Assembly: GCF_009914755.1 (NCBI RefSeq)
Contig: NC_060935.1
Origin: the human T2T-CHM13v2.0 reference genome, Homo sapiens
Direction: 5' to 3' (one strand)
Length of the DNA stretch: 64,000 nt
The translations under genes and the position numbers were made by a program. Under the pieces are notes generated by a model. The model was not told where the DNA came from. It saw nothing but the letters and a program-made list of their open reading frames with translations, and ran no database searches. The stretch's first letter is position 1. Each line of letters begins with the position of its first letter. Positions 29,878 through 49,441 of this stretch are shown here, piece after piece.

Positions 29878-30334
29878 GTCTAAGCTGTTAGAATGAAGAG
29901 TGCTAAGTGGAATTAGGTGGAATCTGTTCTCAGGAGTTAGGGTCCAATGTTAGAGCTGAGCTAGAATCACAGAAAGCAGTGTTGGGTGCCAGGGCGATTG
30001 GCTGCAGCTCCCAAAGCCTCTCTGGTGTCAGGGCTGATCCTGGGGATGAAGAAACTCTGGAACAGAACCATCGGAATCAGGTAGAGCCTGATGACACACG
30101 TGCCCCTTTCCAGTGGATCTCAGCAAGTACCGTGATGTGTTGAATTGCTCGCTTCTGTCTCCTCACCTCGGAATTACAAGCTTTTTAAAGATAGAGGCCA
30201 TGCTGTTCATCTCCACCCACAGTGCCTAAAAAATGCCTGAACCAGGACAGGAGCTCAAAGAACATTTGTAGAAAGAATGACACAGGAAGTGAGTGAATGA
30301 AAGAATGGATAAATAAAAGACAAGTTAAAAGCAG

Positions 30335-30610
30335 AGAATGCGTATTGTGCGAGTCCACATACATGAAATGTCTAGCATAAGCAAATTCATTGAGACAGAA
30401 AGTATTTGAAGCTTGCCAGGGGCTAGATGGAAGGGGGAAATGGGGAGTAGCCGCTAATGGGTTTGGGCTTTCTATTAGTGGGGATGAAAATATACTGGAA
30501 TTAGATAGTGGTGATGATTGCACAACCTTATGAATATAGTAAAACCCACTGAATTGTACATTTTTAAAGAGTGGATTTTATGATATGTGAATTATATCTC
30601 AATAAAAATA
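30335..30610 (+). mobile_element. L1MB-type 3' end
   Basis: gaaatgtctag...gagacagaaagt...gatagtggtgatgattgcacaac...ctcaataaa. Confidence 0.8.
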
Positions 30611-31949
30611 ATTACATTTCTTAAAAAGCAGAATGTGTGAATATCAAGCAAGGCATTTTGGAAGAAACATTTCATAGGCCAAAAGCTATGCTGCAAAGAC
30701 CTGGGAGTCTAACGCAGTGACACTTCACAGGACAAAACTACAAAGACAAAAGGAGACTCATGCAAATGGACTGCATCCCACCTCCTGGTGCAGCTTCCTT
30801 CCTCAGGCTCCTCATCTGTGAAGTGGAGAGAACGTTGGCTCTAAACACTAAAACTAAAAGTTACTGTGGTTTGCGGGAGAGGGCAAAAGAGCATGTGAAA
30901 AGCTACATCAGTTAAAAGGACACTGGGTGCTCTGGGTGCTGTCTTGGATCGCAGCCCCCCTGGAGAAGGACAGGGTCTCTCTGGGCCCAGCCCACTGCCT
31001 CCGAAGCCAGGGTGCACACATGGCCCCAGGACAGCCGCGGCCCCTGGGAGAGAGCTGCAGCCAGCTCTCCAGGCGCTTTACGAGCCCTTCTTGTTATTAC
31101 CTCCTATTTCTTTTTATGCTACTGCCAAAATACCACCATTAATCTTTCGCACTCCCTGAAGGCAAAACACGGGTAATTGGATTTATCTGGTTTTAGAATT
31201 TGTTAGGTTCTGTTGCAAAATAAATAAATAACTGACCTCGAAAGAGAGGGTCGTCTTCTGGGCCCGTGCTGTCATGTCACGGCCTGGCTGGCGGGAGCCC
31301 ACCTGGCGTCTCCTGAGCTCATTAATCTCGGCTATCTCCTCCCCACACCTTGTCCCTCCTGTCTTCCAGCCAGTCCCTTCCTGCACTCGGCTTGATTTAA
31401 GAAGTTTTCCTTGCCTGACCCCCTCAGCTCCAGTGCTTCCCGCTGCGTCTGATTCTCCCTGCAGTCTTCTACTCCCCGCCACATGCTGGCCTTGCTTCAT
31501 CACTTTTTTCTTTTTCCATCTCCTTCTACCATGGCTGTTTTCTTTCCTGATAGTACTGTGTGAGGTTGTTTAAAACTTCCTTTCGACAGCCTGGAACCCT
31601 CGTGTTTGTCACCTTGTTTCCCTCAGCTTTTTTGTTTTTCTTAAGACACAGATTGCTGCAGACATCATGGGTGATCATGGAAGACAAGTTCGCCTCCCTG
31701 TTTGGCTTTTGATCACGGTAAGGCCACGACGCAGTGAATGCAATGGACGTGCGTTCTTTGGTTGTCCCTTTATTGCACGTGTGTTAAATCCAGTAGAAAC
31801 ACCCACAGTGGGCCCTTCCAGGCCATGCTCATCCTTCTCTAAGAATTCTGACCACCTCCACCTCCATGGCCCCCAGCCATAGCACAATGTGTGGGGACTA
31901 CATTTGTGGCATGGGGCTTGTGGACATTACTATTTGCCAGCCCAACTGC

Positions 31950-33130
<1,181 letters not shown>

Positions 33131-33231
33131 AAAGCAAAAAATTGTTGTACTCACAACTTGAGATACAGAGGTGAACTAAATATTTTCCCTCCCAGGAACG
33201 AAGTCCTGTGAAGGGAAGACACAGCGGGAGA

Positions 33232-33555
33232 GGCTGCACACAGTGGCTCACGTCTGTAATCCCAGCACTTCGGGAGGCTGAGGTGGAAGGATCTCTTGAG
33301 CTCAGTTTGAGACCAGTCTAGCAACGCAGGGAGACCACATCTCTACACGTTTTTGTTTTTTGTTTTTTTTTAAATTAGCCAGGTGTGGTGGTGCATGCCA
33401 GCTCCTCCAAAGGCTGAGGTGGGAGGGTCGCTTGAGCCTGGGAAGTCAAGGCTGTATTGGGCCACGATTGCACCACTGCACTCCAGCCTGGGTGACAGAG
33501 TGAGACTCCGTCTCAGAAAAAAATAAATAAATAAATAATAATAATAATAATAATA
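33232..33555 (+). mobile_element. AluJ with T-rich central linker and (taa)n tail
   Basis: AluJ diagnostics ggatctcttgag and gcttgagcctgggaagtcaaggctg. Confidence 0.9.
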
Positions 33556-34196
33556 TGGCCGGATAACCTGCAAGATTATGTTACAGTTAACAGTATATAC
33601 ATTCCGGGGGTATGAGAAGAGAACTAGTTCATTCCCCCTGCATGCTCTGGTAAACAGAAAACACTAAAAAGGTCAGACACATTTTTTTCCAAAAAATAGT
33701 GCACCAAACTAGTTTTCCTTGTATGAGAACCAGACTCATGGATTTGTACCTAAGCATTCCTGATTCTGTATATCTGAGACTGGGTACGGGAATCTGTATT
33801 CTAAAAAATCTTCCTGGATTACTATGACGCCCAGCCGGGCTTGGAAGGCCTATAAACCATTGAGACAAAGGTGACAGGAAAATCAGAAAATATTAACAAA
33901 TTGGAAGTAGCATTTGAGAGAGATCTGAAAGATGAGTAAGACCTGTCATATATAGAAAGAGGTTGGGAAATAACTTTTCAGGAAGAAAGAGCAAATTGCA
34001 AATTACCACACAAATAAAAGTTGCTTATGTTCACTATTATTTCCATTTTTGTTATGGTCACAAATATATACATGTCTGATTGCACCTACTTACACAGCTG
34101 GGAAGAAGATAGGGCTAACAATAGATTCAATCTACCTGCCTCTGTCAAACAGACATTATTAACATGCCCTGCGAAGTATCACAGAAGTTACTTGAA

Positions 34197-34503
<307 letters not shown>

Positions 34504-34568
34504 CCTAATTAAATCGAAATCTTGTTCCTGCCCTCAAGAAACTAACATCAACTGAGGAAAAAAAACTA

Positions 34569-34592
34569 TGTGTGTGTGTGTGTGTGTGTGTG
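34569..34592. repeat. (TG)n microsatellite
   Basis: About 12 uninterrupted TG units. Confidence 0.95.
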
Positions 34593-34752
34593 TATGTGAA
34601 GAGGGACAGAGAGAAAAGAGGAAGTAAAAATAAATAAATAATCTGATTACTAAAGAGTCAGCTACACCTGTAAATGCTTGGGGGATGGAGGATGGAGTGG
34701 GGTGCGGCATTATCAGAACTAGCTTAAGTTAATCATCTCCTCCTCCTCCTCT

Positions 34753-34884
34753 TCTTTTTCTTGAAATGGGGTCTAGGTCTCTGTTGTTGCTCAGACTGGA
34801 CTCAAATTCCTGGGCTCAAATGATACTCCCTGCCTCAGCCTTCTAAATTGTTTGGAATACAGGTGTATACCACTGCACCAAGCT
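34753..34884 (-). mobile_element. FLAM-type Alu monomer
   Basis: ctcaaattcctgggctcaaatgat...gcctcagcc...caggtgtataccactgcacc. Confidence 0.75.
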
Positions 34885-36320
34885 TGAAGAACTTTTAACA
34901 TTTCTTGCAAAGCAAGTCTATTGAAGACAAATCTGATCAATTTTTGTTTGTCTGAGAAAGTCTTTATCTATGTTGATGATTCTTTTCTTGCAATGCTTTA
35001 AATATTTCACCCTGCTCTTTTCTTGCTTGCTTGGTTTCTAAAGAGAAATTCAATATAATTCTTATCCTTACTCTTCTATAAACAAGGTGTTTTTCCCCGC
35101 TAGTATCTTCCAAATAATTCTCTTTGCATTTGACATTCTTCAGTTTGAAAATCATATGCCTAAGCATAGGCTGTTATGTTTGTGTGTTCGTTTGTTTGCC
35201 ATTATCCTGCTCAATGTTCTCTGAGCATTCCTGGATCTGTGGTTTGGTGTCCGGCATTAATCTTGGGATATTCTCAGTCACTATTTCTATACATATCTCC
35301 TCTGTTTCTTTCTCTCTTGCTTTTGTTTCTGATATCTCATTACACATACGTTGCATCTTCTGTTATGATCCCACAGTTCTTAGATTTTCTGTTCTGTTTT
35401 CTTAAGTCTTTCTCTTTGCTTTTCAGTTTCAAAGGTTTCCACTGGCATATTTTCCAGCTCACTGATTCTCTCCTCAGTTGTGTCCAGTCCACCAAAGAGC
35501 TCATCAAATGAGCCCATTCTTCATTTCTGTAACAGTATTTTCTTTCCAGCATTCCTTTTGATTCTTTCTTAGAATTTCCATCTCTCTGCTTACATTACTC
35601 ATCACTTCTTGCATGTTGTCCATTTTTTCCCAATATTCCTTTAGCACACTGAGCACAGTAATTTCAAACTGCCAGTGTGATAGCTCAAACATCCCTGCCA
35701 TATCTGAGTCTTATGCTGATGTTTTCTCTGTCTCTTCGAACTCTGTTTTTTGGCTTTTAGCTAGTGTGGGGTAAAGTAGGGTATTTCCCATCCTGCAGTG
35801 GGATAGGTTCTGGTTTAAACAAAAAACAATGTAATTAGGCTGTGGGAAAATAGTTTCTTTCAAGAATAAGCTTTTGTTAAGAAGAACAGAATCCTCTGGG
35901 AATGTTTCCAAATGGTTACCCTGCTGTACCTACGCCTTTTCACCCTGAGAACCTGGTGGGGCTTCTGGAGGTAAAACCCACGAAAGTATGGGGACTCCGC
36001 AAGGACTTATTCAAAAGTTTTACATTTCAAGTTAGTCTACATCTAGTTTTCAGCCATCACTCAATGGTCTTTTTAAAGATCCTAGAAGACTCTGACTCCA
36101 GGGGTAGTTTCTGGGTGGTTTCTGCCCAAAATAAACAGTGAATCTCTGTATCTACCTGTCTCTAGTTTTTAAGGTAGTGGCCTTATCCTATGACTTCAAT
36201 TCTCTGACGGATCTGAGAAGAATTGTTGATTTTCAGTGTGTTGAGGGTTTTTTCTTGTTGTGAGGATGGAGAGCCAGCCCCCAAGCTCCTTACATGTCAG
36301 ACCAGAAGGTAGAAGTCTCT
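34885..36320 (-). mobile_element. Ancient L1M 5' region / ORF1 fragment
   Basis: Minus-strand ORFs are L1 ORF1p-like (IVTENIPRLMPDTKPQIQE; LRHMIFKL...RIRIILNFSLET). Confidence 0.8.
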
Positions 36321-36329
36321 GTCCATGAC

Positions 36330-36720
36330 TCTGTTATTCCCTACCACTCATTCTCTTGCTTATTCTGGCCCAGTCTCTCCTTTCTGTTGCTAGAACACAG
36401 TGAGCACACATTTGCCATGAACCCTATTCCCTTGCCATCCCTGTCCCTGGAACACTTCCAGTAGGTGTTTGCATAGCTCACTTTTGCACTTTGATCAGGT
36501 TTCTGCTCAAATGTCACCATCATCAGACACGTGGTTCCTGACCACCATGGCAAGAATAGAGACCCTTGTCCCTCTCAACTAATTTACCCTACTCTTTTAT
36601 TCTTCAGAGCACTCATCACTGTGTAACATGATATTGTGTTTAGATGCATTTACCTTGTTTATTACCTGTCTTTCCACCCTAGATTGTAACTCTAAAGATG
36701 TCAGAGGCATGTTCTGTATT
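36330..36720 (+). mobile_element. L2 fragment
   Basis: ctgctcaaatgtcacc...agcactcatcac...ctagattgtaactc. Confidence 0.65.
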
Positions 36721-36729
36721 GATCTCTGT

Positions 36730-42780
<6,051 letters not shown>

Positions 42781-43123
42781 GGGCATGGAGGAACTTTTTG
42801 GGGTAACAAAAATGTTTTGTACCTAGTGAGGTGGTGGCTACATGGGTAAATATATGCGTCCAAGTATACTGATGTGAACCCTAACAGGGTGCGTTTTACT
42901 TTAAGCAGATTTCGTTTCTCCCTCTTTTTATCCCTCTCTCTTCCTCCATCCCCCTTTCCCATTTTGTGGGCTCTATGTTCTGCCAACATAGTCACATATT
43001 CAACATACATGGATGCTCAGAGAGGAGAGTCTAGAATTAATTTAACTGTGTAATTCCCACACTGCCTAGAATAGTGCTGGTGGGTACCCAATAAATGCTG
43101 CATGGATAAATTGTGAATTCAGT

Positions 43124-43156
43124 TATATATATATTATATATATATATATATATATA
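43124..43156. repeat. (TA)n microsatellite
   Basis: Direct reading of the sequence. Confidence 0.9.
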
Positions 43157-43189
43157 CAAATGCTGCATGGATAAATATATATATTTAAC

Positions 43190-43440
43190 TTAATAGCAAC
43201 TGTTTATTGTGCTCTTGCTGCAATGTAAAACTTTAATCTGAAATCTTTACAAACTTGGTATCATTTACTGCCTCCCATCAGCCCAGTGAAGTGGATATCT
43301 ATTCCTTATTTTTTTTTAATCAGGAAATTGAGGCTTAGAAAAATTGAGTCACTTGTCCAACCACATACAGCCATTAAGTACCAGAGTTGGGATTCAAAAT
43401 GAGCCTTTTGACTGTAAAGTCAGTGTTCTTAACCTCTTGA
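43190..43440 (-). mobile_element. MIR
   Basis: ggaaattgaggcttaga...gtcacttgtccaa...gagttgggattcaaa. Confidence 0.7.
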
Positions 43441-44013
43441 TAGAGGTTATACTTTATCTTACATTTCACTAAGCACCCATTGACTCGCCCATCATAAAGC
43501 AGAGCATATAATCAAGGACATTCTATGAACTGTTTCCACTGCACAGGTACAGCGGGAGGCATGTTGCTGATAGGTATTCAGGGACCTCATAGTGAGATCT
43601 TGTGACAGAAGCAGCTGCATTTTAGGACCCAAGGAGATGGGTCCATGAATCCCTTCATCCTGAGATGGAATGTTTAGAGATGACTCACATTGGCTTTTCC
43701 AAACCCTGAAATTTGCAGGTATTCTTCCAGAATGTGCCAGCCTCTATTATGTGACCTTGATGAAGGGGAGAAAGCAGACATTCCTCCCTTGCAAATCGTT
43801 CAGAATCTCCTGCCTGTGGCTTCAATGATATTGTGCAATTGTCAAATCCTCCAATTATAACAAGCAGGCAGAGAAAGGACAAGTGAAACAGCAACTATTT
43901 AGGGAGATATTAGTATCTCAACTAGGGTTCAAATGCCAGGCCCTATGGTTGTAATTTCAGTGACTTGTGAATTATTCAACATGGATGAGAATATCTTCAT
44001 TAGAAAAGGGAGA

Positions 44014-44080
44014 TGTGTGTGTGTGCGTGTGTGTGAGAAAGAGAGAGAAGAAACAGAGAGAGAGACAGAGAGATAGAGAT
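44014..44080. repeat. (TG)n/(GA)n compound microsatellite
   Basis: Direct reading of the sequence. Confidence 0.85.
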
Positions 44081-45251
44081 AAAGGAGAAACATTCATCTT
44101 TTCAGAAAACTTAGAGCACCTACTAAGCATTAGGTATTCTGTTGGACACTGAGAATGCAAGATAGATAGAAGATATTAATGCATTTAACAAAGGGCTTGG
44201 GAGAAGCAATAAAAATGACAATTGGAAGAGGAATATCTTTAGAGATGGCAGAGAAAAGCACACGGCGGTACAAATTTGAGTTCTGTAATTCCTCCCCCCT
44301 CTTACACAGGGTGCCTTACAGACAATATCTCAGTGTAAGCCCAGCCTCTCTAATAAACCCCTGACTCATTCAATTCCCTGGGTGTACAGATGGTGACTCC
44401 TTTTTTTCTCCATCACAGGAGGTTCCAAACAATGACCAGGAGGCAACAGTGGATAGTCAAGGTGGACCAATAACTGAGACACAGGCTATGTGCCTGAAAA
44501 TAAATGGTTTAATTACACATAAGCAGGGTAGACAGGAGCAAGCGTCACTTGGCCTAGACCTCCCCTGCTGCCTGGATGTGAAGTGCTCTCCAAAAGATCC
44601 TTTGGGTAAATAGGCAGATGGTAAGCATTGGAAAGTCCTGGAACCACTAGGCCAGTCAGAGCGGGGTTAAGGGCAGGCCTCGACCCTCAGAGAAGAGATC
44701 CTGGCAGGACAAGGCAGGGTACCCAGTCACCCAGGGCCTGGGGTAGGTCCAGCGTGGATTAGCAATACAGGGACTAAGACCCATTGACAAGAGGGAGATT
44801 TACAGCTGTAAGGCAGGTAGGAACCGAGGTTCAGAACACGCTGGAACCTAGCAGCAAGTGAGAACTGACCCTTTGACTGTTCTCGCCTTGACTTAGAATG
44901 GGTGCTGGACATCAGGTTATGTGTGGTCCTGTGGCCTGGACAGGCAGAGAAGAGGCTCTCAAATCCCAGAAACTCAAAAGTAGGGCCCAGGCATTCTTAT
45001 CTGCCAACTTTCTTTCTTTTCTCTACCTCTGACTATTCAGTAATTCCACTTGAGGTTTTTGTTGTTGCTGTTGCTGTTTTTCTCACAGGTACACACTGTC
45101 CCCTTCTTTAGCTCCTTTCTTTCCTTCCTTTCAACTTCTACTTCTGGAATATCTCTCTGCTACTCTCTCCTTTCATGAGTAATTCCATTATTGTCTTTTC
45201 TGTCCTTTATCTATCTTCCTTCCTTTGTTAATATTTATGAAAATTTCCTCA

Positions 45252-45626
<375 letters not shown>

Positions 45627-47921
45627 TCAATAGAAACAATACAACAAACTCCAAAACTTCAGAGAGCATTCAGAAATATCTTTGAGAAAATGTTTCCATA
45701 TTATCTTCTTCTAATTACGCCTACTTTTCTTCAGCATTGGCATTCACAATAAATAGAAAATTATCGTATTCTTTTTTCTCTCTTTTGCGTAATTACTTCT
45801 GCAACAACGTTGTTTTCTGTTATTCTTCATTGCTGGTGTATAGCATTTTGGGTAATTGTGAGTTGAATTGTCTTCTGTGGACTAGCCAGAAAACTTAACA
45901 ACCACTGATAACATTCTTTATGATGATTATGCAGTGGAAACTTGATTAATTGAGATGCCATAAATCTTCAGATCCACTGAAAATGTTTAATATTCAAAAC
46001 CAATTTCTAAAAATTGTATTGATCAGCACTTTCATGGGAAGCCAGGTCAAGACCTTCAGCATCTCTTTGATTTAAGTATTATGTATCTCCAGGGACCAGC
46101 AAGTCAAAGCGAGTCACATGGTTTTCTCTGGGGTATGAATGCATGGCAAGGCCTGCGCTCTCTGTGTTCACAGTCTTAAATTAAAATGTGAATACAAGGA
46201 TGGGAGGGAGGATAATGGAGTGACGTATTTTAGGGTTTAAACAAAATTACTTCTCCTCCTTCTATACTTTGGTATCACTCATTTCTTCACAGGTCTCATT
46301 GTTGGGTTCTTACCAAGAAGTGACCGGCTCACGTTGTCTTAGGTTGCAGGCCCTTTGAGGTTCCATATGTGCTATGGGAGGTCAAGTAACGGGATAGTAC
46401 AACATTTAGGGCAGGTTCAAAGCCATGAGCATCCATGATCCCCCTGGACAGTATGTTAGATCCTGGTGGGTGTCATGTTGCTCAGTGTTTGCAGCGTGCA
46501 CCATTTCCAGCCTCAGAAGGTAGTAATAGATGGGCTTCACTTGAGTGCGGGTGAGGGGAGGGAAGCCCCCAAGAAGCAAGGAGACTCTAAAGATGGGACA
46601 GCAGACAGCTGCAGCCTTCAACTGAAATGCAGATTTCCTGACCTTCAGGAACAGAAAGGATGTGTTTGGTTTATTTCTGCTTGTGGCACTTGGAAGTTTT
46701 CTCTGTCCTCTATATCTGGGGAGGGGGACATACTATGAATTTGAAAAGAAGCATAAAGGTCTTCTAGGAGCAAATGCAGACTCTGACACATGATAACCAT
46801 GTGACCAAAGGTAAGTGGTTTAACTTTTCTAAACCTGGACCCGTAGGCTGTTAATAGGGATTGTAATGGTCTGAAAATTACATGACATGTTAGGTAATTA
46901 ATGTGGCATCTGACACATAGTAAACCATGTACAATAGGAGCTTTTGTTTGTTTCACTAGCATCGGCATGTCCCCGCCCCACAACCTCCCCTCACCCCTGG
47001 GCTCTTGCAGGTTTTGTTCAAGGCTCTGCAGTATTATCCTGTAGTGGCGCTAGGTACAGACAGTTCCTTTCTCTAAACTTCTCTACCGGGAAAGCCATAC
47101 ACAGATCTAGGCTAGGCAGTGCTGAGCAGCCTAGATATCACAGCTTCAATGTTCATTTCTTAAAAGAAAATACACCAGGTATAAAAAGCATCAAGTAGGT
47201 AGTGTCATTTATTGGGAGACAACAAGGGCCTGAGAACGGATCAAGATGAAAAGAGTGCACCCCTCCCCCAAACCCATTTCATGCAAACTTGAGCTCCAAT
47301 TATACCTAACATGAGCAAGAGCGGCTTCATTCAGGGCAAACAATAAACAAACAGACCTGAAATAATTTGGTGCTGTCTTGTATATGTTAAAAAAAAGGAA
47401 GAAAGAAAATGAAGAAAAGTTAGCACTTGGTTTCTAACTTATTAGGCAATGCAAATTTCTGTCAGCCCTAAAGATATCTTGGACTGTAATTCCCTCTTCT
47501 CATCTCATGACTGAAGACAGCTTCCCGTTAATAATAAGTAATTTTAAAAGACCTCCCCTGGGAAGGTCAAATGAGACCTGCTTGACTCTTCCCCTCCACT
47601 GCATCTTGCTGCCGGATCCCATCAGATCCATAAAAACTGCCTGGCGGACCGGCTCCCCAGCTCCCTCAGAGCCAGCCACCTAGTGAGCACAGTGAGTGGG
47701 CCAAGGGCAGAGTCCTTTTTTAGAAACCAGAAGGAAAGGAAATGAGAAAGACAGACCTAAACCAAGCCCAAGGGCCAAATTTACTTAAAAAGGTTAAACA
47801 ATTACCCAAAGGGCTTAGATAAGAGCTGCTGAGTTTTCCAGAAAGGTTCAGAAAGCCAGGGAACATATATTTCTAATGCTTTAAAACGTCTTCTCCCACA
47901 GCCTGCTTCAAACAGGGGGAC

Positions 47922-48036
47922 AGAGAGAGAGAGAGTGTGTGTGTACGTGTGTCTGTGTGGTGTGTGGTGTGTGTGGTGTGTGTGTGTGGAGTGTGTGTGT
48001 GTCGTGTGTGTGTGGTGTGTGTGGCGTGTGTGGGGG

Positions 48037-48069
<33 letters not shown>
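47922..48069. repeat. Long compound (GA)n-(GT)n microsatellite, ~150 bp
   Basis: Direct reading. Interrupted GT units, then a G7 run, then a pure (GT)n block. Confidence 0.95.
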
Positions 48070-48072
<3 letters not shown>

Positions 48073-49276
48073 GGGAGGCAGACACATTCCCACCAATCAG
48101 GGATGTCAGAGAGTGTCACGGACTCAAGCCAGCCTTGCTCTCCCAGGCCTGCCAGATCCGGCAGCCATGACCCAACCCAGGACATGCCAACATTCTTGCT
48201 GCCTCCCTGCATTGTGTATCTCCTTGGGCCCACAAGGCAAATCTCTGCAGAGACAGGTATGCTTTCCAAATGTGCTCCTCTACTGCTTCTAAAAAGCACT
48301 AGTACTACTGCTCTTCACTCTGCCACTCTGCTTGTTTTCTTGACCTCAGGGATAGTGAAGACTTTGCATAGTTTGGATCAGACTGCCATCATTGGTGGAT
48401 TCAACTGTCCCCTCTGGCAAGTGATTTGAGTGGAATCCAAAAGTCCCTCAGGCCTCCAAGACCGCTAACCAACTGCTGTGCCTGAATATCCCAGGATCAT
48501 ATTTTGAAGACAATAAAATTGTTTAGATATAAGGGTTTCATTGCTGTAGAGGCAATAATACACTAGAAGTGGTTGTTTCCCATTAAGATGGATTAAAGCA
48601 TTAAACCAATACTTATTTGTTGTAATCTTTAGTATCCACCACAGTATCTATAGTCAACACATAAAGCACAGCTCCTAAGCTCCAGGAGCCCCCAGACTAA
48701 CCATAACCACACATGAAAAAATAACAGGTCCTAGTGTGGATCTGTTAGAACAGTGTTAGCAGCAAGAGTTACTGGAACTCTCATGAGGGCAATTCTTGAC
48801 AAGCAGAAAGAATTCTGGGTGGAACTGTGAAAAAACAAATATACTTTAAAGCTGTGTATAAGTGTGGGGATAGAGGAAGAACGAGATGGAGCAGACAAAA
48901 CTGAAAAAAATGTGTGAGTATTGTCAGTTGTTATTGAGGAGTTCAACTTAGTACCAGTAATAACTTGCACACATATGTTGCTTTATGGCTCACAGAACAA
49001 CCCATATACTTCCTTTCCTCTGATAATGCAGACCAGTTATAATAGATATTGTTCCTGTATGTACACAATTCAACTGAAAGTGCTCAAGGCCGTGGAGTTA
49101 GTGAGAGGTAGAGTAAGAATCAACCCCAGGTGCCTAGGCCCCCAGACACAGAGCTTTCTAGGGCATTAACATTGCCCATGAGGTGCAGGCACCCATGGGG
49201 AAGATGCTTCCTTGGAAAGCAGGGACGCTGGATAAGCCTTGCTCAGAGGCTCTAGGGCCAGAAAGGGCTTTAGAGC

Positions 49277-49441
49277 AGTGTTCTCAATCCTGGCTCCACA
49301 TTAGAAATACTGGAAAAGATGTTTTCAATGGCCACGTCCATCCCCAAACCCAGGAATTTTGACATCATCAATCTGGGAGACTGGAAATGGAATTTCTAAA
49401 AAGCATCCCAGATAACTCCAACCAGGTTAGTGCCACCACTG
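49277..49441 (+). mobile_element. MER5-family MITE
   Basis: cagtgttctcaatcctggctccacattagaa...ccaccactg. Confidence 0.6.

Noticed and set aside
44260-44900. Possible old LTR
   Set aside because: The composition is suggestive, but I could not identify termini, a TSD or a family.
47105-47136. 9-bp hairpin atctaggct...agcctagat (similar 8-bp stem at 15412-15439)
   Set aside because: Stems this short are expected by chance in 64 kb and are too short for a pre-miRNA.
47802-48429. His/Thr- and Cys/Val-repeat ORFs
   Set aside because: Translations of the (GT)n microsatellite.
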